From: Octopus sinensis | Taxonomy: Eukaryota | Direction: 5' to 3' | Length of the DNA: 64,000 nt | Assembly (NCBI RefSeq): GCF_006345805.1 | Contig: NC_043008.1 | Span: forward strand, 42,842,001 to 42,906,000 | Part shown: in pieces, positions 42,366-55,150 of the stretch | Position numbering within the stretch: position 1 is the stretch's first letter | Layout of the letters: each line of letters opens with the position of its first letter | Translations under genes and position numbers: made by a program | The notes under the pieces: generated by a model | What the model was told of the DNA's origin: nothing | Databases searched by the model: none | Seen by the model: the letters and a program-made list of their open reading frames with translations, nothing else

Positions 42366-42843
42366 GTATAGGTATGCGCATATATCAAGGTGTGAATGTG
42401 AGTACATATGTGTGTATATGTGTGGGAATGTGTTTTATTCAGTACGCAATCAAATGTGTTGTGAAGAGAGACAGAAAAAGAGTGAGAGAGAGAGAGAGAG
42501 AGGGGGAGAGAGAGAGAGACGACATAAAGAGAGAAAGAAAGAGCAGGGGAGAGAGAGTCACGAGATAAAAACAGCGAGAGACAGTGCGGTTTAAACTAGT
42601 ATGGATGTGATTATACATACAAATGTATTTATATACACACAGACATACATGCGTACATATATACATATATATGTATATATTTATATATATACACACATCT
42701 ATGTATGTATGTATGTATGTATGTATGTATGTATGTATGTATGTATGTATGTATGTATGTATGTATGTACGTACTTTTCTATCTATCTAGCTGGCTAGCA
42801 TTTTTTATTTTCTCATTTTCTCTCCCTGTTTATTTCTGTGTTC

Positions 42844-42879
42844 CTTTCTGTCGAAGAGCGTAGGCTCGAAACATAAAAG
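42844..42879 (+). ncRNA. Minimal hammerhead-like motif (CUGUCGA variant) in PLE-like element 42795-42970
   Basis: CTTT CTGTCGA A GAGC GTAG GCTC GAAA CA TA AAAG; stems I and II perfect. Confidence 0.65.
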
Positions 42880-42982
42880 CCTTTCTCACTTCCCGAGCGT
42901 TAAACTAATACATCTGTTTGTTGTTTACACACCCGTCTTCGTCTTTTGTTTTTCCTGTAAATTCTCACTATATATATGTATG

Positions 42983-43013
<31 letters not shown>

Positions 43014-43077
43014 CAATATGGTCCTTACTAAACTAATTCGGTCAAAACTTCCTACTTTGGCCCATCAGCATTGTCAG

Positions 43078-43119
43078 AACTGTCTGATGAACGGTCGTGC
43101 GAAACTCTGAGTAACAGTT
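43078..43119 (+). ncRNA. Compact type I hammerhead ribozyme motif
   Basis: AACTGT CTGATGA A CG GTCG TG C GAAA CTCTGAG TA ACAGTT; perfect 6-bp stem I, intact core, GUA site; diverged paralog at 48144-48185. Confidence 0.8.
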
Positions 43120-44190
43120 AGTGAAGATTTTTCCAGCTTTAATGAGTTTATTACTCTAGTTTTGAACAAAGTCATTTTGTTTATTTCTTCCCAATATTCT
43201 TTTGATTCTTAATCACAAAATGAATTCCATACCTGAAAATGACGAGAAATTCTCGACCAGAATATTATTGATTTATTTCATTATTTATAATCTCATTTTA
43301 GGCAGACTGTGCCACTGAAACTTGTCTTCGACGTGAGCATGTAGTACTGATAACGAAAACTAACCAAACATCCTTCAATCTTTAATCAAACTTGATATCG
43401 TATCTACCAGTTATGTGCCTCCGTTCTTGTAGAAGATAGATTTATATCAATACCTTATTTAATTTTCAAGAAACATTCAGATAAATAAACTCATTCTTAT
43501 GTTTGAATAAGAAATAAACTTGCAGATTGCAGACAAGATGCGATGAAAAGTTTTCCCTTGTTAGATTTGACTTAAATATAAAAATAACAAAAATAAAAAT
43601 AAAAAAGGATAAAGATAAATTGCTAATAAAACATTCTTCTACATACGGAAGAATACACAACGCGACGATAAAACTTGTTTACTGACACAAAATTGGCCGT
43701 AAAGCAGTTCTTTACTATCTTCCAGACATCTTCTTAGTTGGTCATATTCAAGTTTTCACAGAAAACAAACCCCAAAACAGCCCGTGTTATTATTTTCTAA
43801 TTCGATTTATTTTCTGCAGAAATATTTCAATTTTTCATCGTATTATTTGGTGATGTACGAAACCAATCTTTTTTTAAATGAAATAGATAAGGAAAAAAAA
43901 AGGTGGATATTTCATAAAATATCGATTTCTGAACAGCAAAGTCGAAATTTGAACTGAAAAGTATAAAAGCCATTTTACGATGGTGTTCTACAACATAGAA
44001 AATAGGTTTCGTCCCCCTGAACCAGGCTATTGAAGATCGATTCCCTTTGATCAGACACAGACAAACAACTCCTATTGAAACAGACGGATGATTTGTTGTC
44101 TATCCCAACCGTAAGATAATTGCCATCCAATGTATATATACATGCATGTATCTATCTATCATCTACTATCTATCTATTACTATCTATATC

Positions 44191-44250
<60 letters not shown>

Positions 44251-44251
44251 G

Positions 44252-44292
<41 letters not shown>

Positions 44293-44340
44293 ATTATGAT
44301 CTATCTATCTATCTATCTATCTATCTCTATCTTTCTATCT

Positions 44341-44396
<56 letters not shown>

Positions 44397-44454
44397 AAAA
44401 ACAACACAGCCATATGATTAAAAAACCCTTTAAAAACAGGAATCATCTCAATAG

Positions 44455-44863
44455 TCAAGGCTTGTCATGTCATCCTCTGCAGACCTTCGCCAAGCAGCTC
44501 ATTTTAAGATAGATACGCGAGAAAAATTACTAATAGAGAAACGAAAATAAACTTTAGAAACAGCAACGCCACCATTGGTTACGTGGATACGATAAACGTG
44601 TTTTCAAGGGAGATAATCAAAGAACGCAACATTGTAATACTTCATGTAAAGTAAATATAAAAAATGAAAAATCATTCAAGAATCCATAAAAATTTCCAGA
44701 TCACTACCAAAATTTTATCATTTGTTCCTTGTGTCATTACCAACATTTCCTGCAAGTTTCATCAAATACCGTTCACAACTTTTTGAGTTATTTTGCACAC
44801 AGATGGACAGACGGACAAACCAACGCCGATGAAAACATAACCTCCTTCCTTGTCGGAGGTAAC
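44455..44863 (+). mobile_element. Non-autonomous Helentron (HINE/DINE-like)
   Basis: Subterminal inverted repeats ACCTTCGCCAAG (44483-94) and CTTGTCGGAGGT (44849-60), 3' hairpin ACCTCC..GGAGGT, GACA/GGAC-type repeats before the 3' end. Confidence 0.72.
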
Positions 44864-45604
44864 AAGGGAATAAACTTCTACAAATAGTTATACATTTCCT
44901 GCTGGCAAATTTGGAGTTTATAGTAGTTTAGACATATGGGAATTAAATGTACTTGAAAATTAAAACTTTAATGTCATTTAAGTTGACAGAAAGTTCAGTA
45001 AGTAACTAAGTGAAGAGAAGCGTGTCAAGCGTTTATCGGATGCCCAGTTGCTTTCGAACTATATAAAAAGACAGAACAGTTAAAAATGCAGAAGATAATA
45101 ATGTAGGATTTGTATCAATATGTCCGAAGGCTGTGAGTTACAAAAATAGGCTAATTTTTAAAACAATAAACAATCTATGTCATAACAAGCTGGGAATGTG
45201 GCGAGAATTATATTGACCAAACAAGTATGCTACTCAGAAAACGCATGACGTTTCACCTACAACAAATACGTGACTGAACATTAGCAAAATCAGACTCGCT
45301 AAAAATTTACAGATGCTCAGCCAAACTTCTTGTATTGTAAAATATATACCAACCGTAAATCCATAATCAGTGATACTGATTATTAATCCATTTTTCAATA
45401 TTTATAATATATGTTTTCCTACATTATTTTTAATAATTAAAGAGCAAACAATTTACATACTTAACTTGCGTCTACTAATGTACAGATTGTTACCCCTCCC
45501 TTCTGAGTCCATAACGAGTAAATCTCTGGTAGGTAAACTGTATGCCAAATGGAAGTCAGCAGCTAGCCATTACCATTTCACACGTACATTTCAATAAATG
45601 TCTT

Positions 45605-45870
45605 GAACAAGTTTGTAATTATGTACTTTGGAATATTAATTATATATTTTAGTAATTATGTACCTTGGAGTATCTGGTACTTTTGAAATGATAATAATGA
45701 GAGAATAGAAAACTCAATCTTGAAACTATTTGGTTGTAGTAATGTATTTTGGATACGATATATTTTGAAATATGTAATAATGTATTTTGAAACAGTCTGA
45801 ATGCGTTTTGAATACGTAATGTCCTGTTTTGAAACGATTTAATTATGATAACGTACTTTTGAAATGAATT
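45605..45870. repeat. Degenerate short tandem repeat (GTAATTATGTACTTTGGAATAT-like units)
   Basis: About eight to ten diverged ATGTA(C/T)TTT(G/T)GAA units. Confidence 0.6.
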
Positions 45871-46155
45871 GGCTGCAGCGTAAAAGGAATCCTACAAATT
45901 CTTCTTTTTATTATTTTTCTTTATCCGATTTGCATGGGATATTTTGAAATATGAGATATTTTAAACGTTTTTCTGTCCCTCCCTCTCTATCTCTCTATGC
46001 ACACACAGAGGCACATACATGAGCACACACGCACACACACACACACATACACACACGCAAACACAAACGCACACACACTCACACACACCTACACTTACAC
46101 ACATATATATTGACAAACGACGTGTTACGGAAAACGTGGCAGACCTTATTTCGCG

Positions 46156-46460
46156 AAGGCTCGTGGCTTAGTGGTTAGGGCATTCCGCTTACAATCGTAA
46201 AGTCGTGAGTTCAATTCCTGGAGAAGTATTGTATCCTTGAGCAAGACACTTTATTTCACTTTGCTCCAGTCCACTCAGCTGGCAAAAATTCCCAAGGGTC
46301 AGCCTTGTCACACTGTGTCACGCTGAATCTCCCTTAAAACTATGTTAAGGGTACACGCGTCTGTGGAGTACTCAGCCACTTGCACGTTAATTCCACGAGC
46401 AAGCTGTTCCATTGATCGGATCAGCTGGGACCCTCATCGTCGTAACCGACGGAGTGCTCC
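46156..46460 (+). mobile_element. tRNA-derived SINE with CORE-like domain, tail type 2
   Basis: A box TGGCTTAGTGG, B box GAGTTCAATTCC, CCTTGAGCAAGACACTTTATTTCAC; tail shared with 16585-16750. Confidence 0.87.
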
Positions 46461-47447
46461 TACTACCTAGACCATATCATCGTTGGAAATAGAGAAGTAT
46501 ATTTATTGGTTGGATAAGCTATGGAGATTTACTTACAGTACTTTAAGTTTCTCAACGAGTTGTTGAAACAGAAACTTAAAGTCCTGTATATATGCCCCCA
46601 TATCTGTATCAATCAATAATTTAGTTCACACACACACACACACACACCACACACACACCACACACACACACACACATACACACGTACACATACATAGGTA
46701 CATATAAACTAAACGTAGACCAACAAATTCCACTACAAAAATAATGTTGAAATGAAGGCAACCGTAGAATACATTTGCTCTTGTTATCGCGCAGTTGGAT
46801 CAATACTAGGAGCACATTAAGAAAGTAATATTTCAACCCCGCATCTCTGCCTCTGTTGATGTTGTAGATATATGTACATCGTCCTATTTTAAATTCCATA
46901 TTCACGTATCAATGATATTGTCCAAGACTATTGTACACTCTCTCTATGTTCTTTTATATAATATATACATACATTATAACTTGATATTCTAGAACTCTTA
47001 AAATACATTAAACTGAGTCTACGTAGAACTATTTACTTTAAAATACAATGACCGTAAATTGAGGCAAATTCAATTGATTTCAATGATTTTTGTGTGAATA
47101 TCAAATATTTTTTATTATATTACAGTTTTGAGTGTTTGTGTGTGTGTGGTTTTACATATGTTTTTTTTCTGTCTGATATGTGTGTTTGTGTGTATATTTA
47201 TACTGTGTGTGTGTTGTTTGCGTAGGTACATCTGTATGTGTGAGAGATATTACGTGAGTATTGATTTCTTTAACTCGGTGTAAATCGTATACACATACTT
47301 CTGTCTATACTCTCATACATTGTCTGTATGTATATATGTATGTAATTATGTATGTATGTATGAATGTATGTATGTATGTATGTATGTATGTATGTATGTA
47401 TGTATGTATGTATGTATGTATGAATGTATGTATGTATGAATGTATGT

Positions 47448-47482
<35 letters not shown>

Positions 47483-48242
47483 GTGTGTGTATGTGTCTGT
47501 ATGTGTATGAGTATAGGTAAATGTTCGTTTTCGAATGCTGGTTTGTGTAATGACGTCTTTATTTGTGGAGTCAATTCTGTCAGTGATATATACATATAGA
47601 GATACGCGCGCGCAGACACACATGTTTATATATATATATATGTGTATATATATATATGGTATATATGCGTGTGTGTGTATGTAGATAGGTATATGTCTAA
47701 GTTTCTGTACATATCTATGTAAATATGTATGCATATATATTATATATTTATACATATATATATATATACATATATATATAATACATACATACATACATAC
47801 ATATATATATACATATATATATATATTCACACAGACACACGCAAGCACATACACACACACATATATAGGTTCATGCATGTGTATATTGTATATATATACG
47901 TATGTCTGTGTGTGTATGTAGATATGTATATATTTAAGTTTGCGTAGATATCTAATCAAATATGTATATATACATACACACACACATATATATATATTCA
48001 TACATACGCACACACGTGTAGGCAAATAGGTGCAAAACAAGGTGTAAAAACTACACCAATATCAAAGTTCGACTGATGTATTATTCTTTTTTAAACAAAA
48101 CGCATCTTCTTAAACTTACTGAATATTCATTTTTAATAATTACAACTGTCTGATAAATGGTCACACGGAACATCGAGTAAACATCTGTGAAAATTTTCCT
48201 CAGTTAAAGTATATATATATATATAACATATAAACATAAATA

Positions 48243-48298
<56 letters not shown>

Positions 48299-48346
48299 AT
48301 AAAAATATATAGATATGCATATATACATACGTATATGTGCATCTAT

Positions 48347-48404
<58 letters not shown>

Positions 48405-48565
48405 ATCTATCTATCTATATATATATATATGCATAAATGGGCACATGACGTCAAGAAACGTGTACAACAAAAAAAAAATACGAAGCACGAGTACGTGGAA
48501 TATGAATTATTCTTTCGAATAACGAAAGACACAAATGGAAAGGAAAACAAACAGCATAAAGAACG

Positions 48566-48645
48566 ACCCTTCATCAGGTGTTGACAGTTTTTCTAGTCTC
48601 GTATTTCGAACATTTAACAACAATATACGCTTTCGACGAAACTGT
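48566..48645 (-). ncRNA. Candidate non-circularly permuted hammerhead (family N, copy 1)
   Basis: Minus strand: ACAGTTT..CGTAT A TTGTTG ttaaat GTTC GAA ATACG..AAACTGT CAACAC CTGATGA A GGGT. Confidence 0.7.
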
Positions 48646-48691
48646 TGCTCCCGCAAAGTAAAGTAAACAAAATTTAGGATTTTTGTGGAGG

Positions 48692-48762
<71 letters not shown>

Positions 48763-48948
48763 ATTATGTGTACATACTTACATCTATACGTATATATATA
48801 TATATTTATATAAGCATATGTAGGCAGAGGACATCACGAAAGGCGTACAACAAAAAGAAAATACGAAGCACGAGTACATGGAACATGAATTATTCTTTCG
48901 AACAATGAAAGACACAAATGGAAAACAAAACAAACAGCATAAAGAAAG

Positions 48949-49012
48949 ACCCTTTATCAGTTGTTGGCTGTTTTTCTACTCTCGTATTTCGGGCATTTAA
49001 CAACAATATACG
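48949..49012 (-). ncRNA. Candidate non-circularly permuted hammerhead (family N, copy 2; 5'-truncated, core CUGAUAA)
   Basis: Minus strand: CGTAT A TTGTTG ttaaat GCCC GAA ATACG..CAACAA CTGATAA A GGGT; stems fully paired but G8 mutated. Confidence 0.6.
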
Positions 49013-49099
49013 CTGTTAGTTTTCGGTGCCTTGTTTATGCTACCAATTTTGACCCTCCGCAAAATCCCAAATTTTATTTACTTTGCTTTGCGGGAGCAA

Positions 49100-49178
49100 C
49101 TGTTTTATCGAAAGCGTATATTGTTGTTAAATATTCGAAATACGAGACTAGAAAAACAGCCAACACCTGATGAAGGGT
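49100..49178 (+). ncRNA. Candidate non-circularly permuted hammerhead (family N, copy 3)
   Basis: CTGTTTT..CGTAT A TTGTTG ttaaat ATTC GAA ATACG..AAAACAG c CAACAC CTGATGA A GGGT; AUA site at 49118-49120. Confidence 0.72.
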
Positions 49179-49305
49179 CGTTCTTTATCCTGTTTTGTTT
49201 TCTTTTCCATTTGTGTCTTTCGTTGTTCGAAAGAATAGTTCACGTTCCTTGTACTCGTGCTTGGTATGTTTTGTTGTACAATTTTCATGACGTCCTGTGC
49301 CCACG

Positions 49306-49384
<79 letters not shown>

Positions 49385-49573
49385 TATATATATATATATA
49401 CGTATAGATGTAGGTATGTACATACACTAGTAATATGCATATATATATATATATAATATTATATATATATTATCTATATTATTACATGATCGATCGCCAT
49501 GCATCCTCTTCCAAGTAAGTTTTACCTATATATATATATATATATACGCATTTTTATTCATCTATTACTATCT

Positions 49574-50040
49574 AGTGAGAGAGCAGTGCGTGCCATCAAA
49601 TTGATGCAGGGGTACAATCATACGACGTCCAGTATACACACTATGTCTACCCGTGTGATACGGGTGCACCAGGCGCAGGCATCACAACCATATGGGCATG
49701 ACATGGGGGTCTCACGTCAAAATAAACAGCACATGACCTTGCAGGTGGGGCCCAGTTAGAATTTTCTTCAGGTCCAGACACCCATCCTGCTCAAAAGCTC
49801 ACTGAATGAGGGTTGTTTAAGGATGATGAACGAAACACCCATATTTCAAGAGGTGAATTATTCAAACCCCAAATAATTCTACTCAGCAACTATTTAAGGT
49901 CTTAGAACTGACAAGAAAATCTGTGATATTGAACAGAATATTTACTGTAGCACAACATTTATGTCAAGACAACGCGTGCACGTGATAACACTTCCAATCA
50001 GTTAAGATCAGAAACCACGAGCGCCACTGACTTGCACTGC
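49574..50040 (-). mobile_element. Family T retro-repeat, copy 2 (internal deletion)
   Basis: Similarity to 4731-5082 and 60204-60691. Confidence 0.8.
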
Positions 50041-50052
50041 AGAAGGGCACAA

Positions 50053-50087
<35 letters not shown>

Positions 50088-50115
50088 GGTATTATTATTA
50101 TTATTATTATTATTA

Positions 50116-50149
<34 letters not shown>

Positions 50150-50151
50150 TG

Positions 50152-50872
50152 TTGAAGAGAAATTACAACTTAAGAGGACAAAAAATGGTGGAGCAAATGG
50201 TGGAAACGAGGCATTGAAAGAGACATAATTCGGGCAAGGCAAGATCTAGGAAAAGTTGAACAATGGTTAAGAGGAAACTGAAAAATGGGGAAAAGACCGA
50301 CCGACAAAAATTTGAGAAGAAATATATAATACGGAAGAACGGGTTTGATGCAATAATGGAGCAGTTGAAACAGAGGATCATGGGAAAAAGTCAGATGATC
50401 AGAAGAACAGAAATAAACAGTTCGAAGAGAACAGATTGTTGAAAAATAACTCGAAGCAATTCTTCCGAAAGTTAGAAGGAGACGATGGGAAAAATTTTGC
50501 TCCTAATGCAAATCAAGCCAAGGAGTTCTGGAGCGGATTATGGGGAAACAATGCGGTGCGTAAAAAGGATGCATTGTAGATAGGAGCTATCAAGACAGAA
50601 TTACAAGGAGGAAAAACAAAAACAAAGGAATATTGTCATAATCATGGATGACGTCAAAGAACAAGTGGGCAAAGGGCCTAACTGGAAAGGTCCCCCCCGC
50701 CACCAGACCAGATGGGATTCATGGCTTTTGGTCGAAGTGATGCCACGCAGTGCATGAAAGACTATCAACCCAAATGAATGAGTGTGTCCAAAAAGGTACA
50801 GTCCCCGCGTGAATGGTGACTGGGAAGCCAACTCTTGTAATGAAAGAAAGAAGAAAGGGGAATATTGTGGGA
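50152..50872 (+). pseudogene. R4/Dong-clade non-LTR retrotransposon fragment (pre-RT region and RT start)
   Basis: KFEKKYII..MEQLKQRI..ENRLLKNNSKQFFRKL..PNANQAKEFWSGLWG..PNWKGP..PDGIHGFW..GTVPA*MVTGKPTLVMK..KG; frameshifts and stops. Confidence 0.8.
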
Positions 50873-50874
50873 AG

Positions 50875-52200
50875 GAAGGGAGAGGGTGATTAAAGGTGTT
50901 GGTGATCGTCATTTCCATTTCTTTTAATTATTTGAAAGTGAATTGTTTGCAGGTTTAAAGGAATTTGTTTTTGTCGGGAATAAGACTCATTGAAGCGTGT
51001 TTCTAAAGATCAGTGTAGATGTCTGTAGAGAAGGAGATATTGGAATGTTTTTTGTGTTTTGAGGTAATGAAAGGGTTGTTGGAAGAGACGGTAACCTTGT
51101 TGATTTGAAGCGATGGGAAATATTTTTGCACCTGTTATTTATGTATGGACGGGGGGGGGTGCCTTGTCCGGATAGAAAAAAATAGATTCGAAGATTAATT
51201 CAAGCGTGAGTTGTGCGGAGTTGAATGAAAAAGGACAGCGAAGACGAAAGTTTTGTATGATCACAGATCTATTGTTGTTGACAAGTGGAAGAAAAGAGGA
51301 TTCTACGACGAGGATTGAGATTCGGCAAAAACCAGAAAAGATCGGCTGCAATTTGAAACCAAGGACAGTTATGATGGCTTTCTGATGCAGGTAAATGAGT
51401 TACTGAAAAAGAAACACTGTTCCATTTATTTTTCGGTAGTAGTTACTTTAGTGTTGAGGGCCCTTTTTGTATTTAAACATCCATGTTTAAATACTTGGGA
51501 GATTGGAGTATTAAGTTTTTATTGTCTGTGATCTGTGAAGGGGATATCCCTGGAGGGGAGCCGCTTAGGCCCTCTTTCTGGTGAGTTGTAAACGAAGAAC
51601 ACGCGCTGCCAGGGATTGTTAGCTTAGAATTGGTGGGAATTGGTTGGATGACTTGAAATGCCATAAGGTCCAGGGATGGCGGGGTGTTGTGTAGTTGGTG
51701 GATGTGGGTCGTCGAGTTGTGGCAATGGGCGATGACCAGATGACCCAGCACAAACAATAAGAGCTTAATAGAAAAGATTAGGTTTCGTGTTGGGGACAAA
51801 GATGAAAGGTTTTGGAATGTGTGTTGATCTGGGATTTTTGTAGGAGATGAAACCATTGGAAACTTCTACATCTTTGGTTCATCTTCCAAAGTCGGAGATA
51901 ATTTAAATAAATCAAGAACTTATTTATCAATTAGTTTTGCATGATTCTTGATGTGAAATCGTGTGTTGAAACAAATATTGTATTTGGGGATGATCTTTTT
52001 TGCCAATTAAACACACGCACTGTATAGTTGATATTCACTTTAGCTTTTATACGTATTATTTATAGCTTATTTGTCTGTTAAAGTTCTTTCGCCATACATT
52101 CTGTGACCTCATCAGTGAATCTCATTCCCATGCGTCTCTTTTGTGTCTAGGAGCACTGACGACGTCATAGATGACCATCTCCAAAAATAACAATATCAGG
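50875..52200 (-). mobile_element. Probable 5' region of a Penelope-like element: HHR-bearing terminal repeat followed by a decayed N-terminal ORF
   Basis: 51938-52118 is homologous to the 8268/24133 family and has CTGATGA G GTCA..TGGC GAAA (52087-52115, minus). Downstream minus-strand relics F.TCIR.HH..P.GFKL, SKHKKHSNI and ITNTFNHPL resemble PLE N-terminal motifs. Confidence 0.55.
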
Positions 52201-53393
52201 AACATGTGGTTGTATGGTATTTGGTATACCTGTATTTGACTGTTGTTCAAATAGATGCCACTGGTCACCCTGAGGTATTTCCTTATAGCTCAATTTTGAA
52301 TAATGCGCGCACCCACCCCTTACACATTTATACTTACATCCTCACATCCGTTCTCACCGCAGATATTTCCTGGAAACGGATGAGCTACGCCAGCTTTGAA
52401 TATGACCCTGCACGGCACTGCGGCGTCTCTGCGTCTCTATCAGCTGTGGAGGGCGCAAGGAAGGAAGGAAGGAAAGAATGATACACACACACTCACACGT
52501 ACACACACACAGACATACACACATATGGTGAGAGAGAGAGAGAGATTTTGCTTAGTATAAATATACACACACCTTTGCTTACATTTTCTGTTGCCCAGCC
52601 ACATCCACGAAGCTGAGATACATACAGATACTTACCTACCTACCTACCTACCTACCTACCTACCTACCTACCTACATACCTACCTACCTACCTACCTACC
52701 TACCTACCTACCTACCTACCTACATACATACATACATACATACATACATACATACACACACACACAAACCACACATGTTGGTTAGTGCACCATCCGATTC
52801 ATTGATATATACACATACAGATATGCGCTTATATATTATATATATATATATATATATTATATATGTGTGTGTGTGTATATATATATGTATGAATACACAC
52901 ACTCATACACACACACGTGTGTGTATGTATATATATATGCCCACACATTCCGAGCTTGCTTTGAAGTTGAGTTTGTGTTATTTCTACAATGAAATATAGC
53001 CGTGTTGGTCTAATATTATTGATATTAAAATCCCATTAACATTGATTCGCAACCTTTCGTGAATAAAGTTGTGTTCCTGGTTTCTATTTTTATGATCTTT
53101 GCATGGAAGAAAAAATAGACAGGGAAAAAATAACCCGGCGCTCACATGCGTGCGCACACAATGAGCCACTAGCGCCCTCATACGCACACATTCGCATTCA
53201 TACATACATACATACATGTATGTATGTATGCATGTATTTATATATATATATATATATATGTATATATAGATACACACATATACAAATATATATACATATA
53301 TATAATTACACATATATACATATATGCATATATATGTATAAATATATAAAATTACACATATATACATATATAGGTATGCATATATTTGTATGA

Positions 53394-53444
<51 letters not shown>

Positions 53445-53701
53445 TGCGCACACGTACGATAAGGCGGAAACTTAACTAAGGGGGCTTGTCGGAAGTTCTG
53501 AAAATATCTTTTTAAGAATTCCGATGACCAAGCAGAGAGAAAGTCTTAATTTATCTTCATTGATTTTTCGCTTTTTCTCACAAGAAATGCCACTTCCATT
53601 CCACCATTCCACTAATAATAATTTCACTGTTTCAAATCCGTTATTTGCGAAATTCATGTACACACACGCATGCACACGCGCACGCACACGTACGCACGCG
53701 T

Positions 53702-53734
<33 letters not shown>

Positions 53735-53795
53735 CACACACACATGCATATTTGTATTTTGTTCTATTTCTGTGGAACCATATATAATTATGTAA

Positions 53796-53808
53796 ATCTA
53801 TCTATCTC

Positions 53809-53844
<36 letters not shown>

Positions 53845-53927
53845 GTATCTATTTATGTATGTATGTATGTATGTATGTATCTATCTATCTATCTATCTAT
53901 CTATCTGCCTGTCTGTCGGTCAGTCTG

Positions 53928-53974
<47 letters not shown>

Positions 53975-53976
53975 CC

Positions 53977-54018
<42 letters not shown>

Positions 54019-54055
54019 GTATCTATTTATGTATGTATGTATGTATGTATGTATG

Positions 54056-54100
<45 letters not shown>
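53796..54100. repeat. Tandem duplication of a compound microsatellite cassette
   Basis: (TATC)-(CT)n-(TA)n-TGTATCTATTT-(ATGT)n-(ATCT)n occurs twice (~53796 and ~53965). Confidence 0.85.
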
Positions 54101-54101
<1 letters not shown>

Positions 54102-54640
54102 GCTAGCTATCTAGCTAGCTAGCTAGCAGTCTGCCTGTCTGTCTGTCTATCTGTCTGTCTGTCTCTCAGTATGTCTATCTCTCTCTCTTTCTCTCTCTCT
54201 GTCTGTATATATATAATTGCATTCACGCGCACCTGTATGTTCAAGTTGCCTTAGGTGATCGACCAAATTAGAATATGGTATATTCTTTTCTTCAATATCT
54301 TTTAGGTTGACCAATGAACACACAAGAACAATCAACCAAACCCCTTCCTGACCCACACTCGAACCCCCGACCCCAACTCTGACCTATACCCAGTAGTTGC
54401 CGCCAACAATATCCTGTGTTTACTTGCAGCCTATCACCTTTCACCCAGCGCATCGTGGCCTCTCTTCCGAACTATTCTATAATACGCTGCAATATTTGCG
54501 TCCATTTAAGTATTTCTCACTCAATCCGTGCTCCCTCAGTGGTTTTAAATTCTCTTTCATTGCACTTCTCTTATTTACGTCCATTTTCTTTGTTCAGCTA
54601 CGATCTTGTAACCACTCCCTCTCTCTCTCTCTTTGTGTGA

Positions 54641-54671
<31 letters not shown>

Positions 54672-54713
54672 TGTATGTATGTATGTATGTATGTATGTAT
54701 GTATGTATGTATG

Positions 54714-54760
<47 letters not shown>

Positions 54761-54764
54761 ACAT

Positions 54765-55150
54765 CTGGTTGTGTGGTAAGAAGTTCGCTCCCCAACCACA
54801 AGCTCCCGGGTTCAATTCCGCTGCGTGGTACCTTAAGAAAATGTGTTCTACAAGAACCTCGGAGCAACAAAAGCCTTGTGAGTGGATTTGGTAGGACAGA
54901 AATAGAAAGAAGGTCGTCATATATATATATATATCTAAGTGTGTCATTGTGGCTCTATTTGTCCCCCACCACCGCTGGCAACCGGTGCTGTTGTGTTTGC
55001 GTCCAATGTAAATTTAACGGTTCCGCAAAAGCTTCCGAGGGAGTGCCAGACTTAAAAAAAGTTACGGGGTTCGATTCCTTCAACTAAATTTCTTCAAGGC
55101 AGTTCCCCTCCATAGTTTTGCAATCTAATGGCTGAAACAAGTAAAAGAAA
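54765..55150 (+). mobile_element. Microsatellite-containing SINE, full length and diverged
   Basis: Colinear with 19271-19635; a more decayed copy follows at ~55195-55545. Confidence 0.82.

Larger units (their letters stand above)
48440..49306. mobile_element. Three copies of a PLE-like terminal element (family N): 48440-48693 (-), ~48815-49014 (-), 49052-49306 (+)
   Basis: Copies 1 and 2 are direct repeats separated by (TA)n; copies 2 and 3 form an inverted pair; each carries the rearranged hammerhead. Confidence 0.8.

Noticed and set aside
49988-50040. Faint resemblance of the family T end to U2 snRNA (TTCCAATCAGTTAAGATCAGA)
   Set aside because: Only a short imperfect match; no U2 5' stem-loop, branch-pairing sequence or Sm site.
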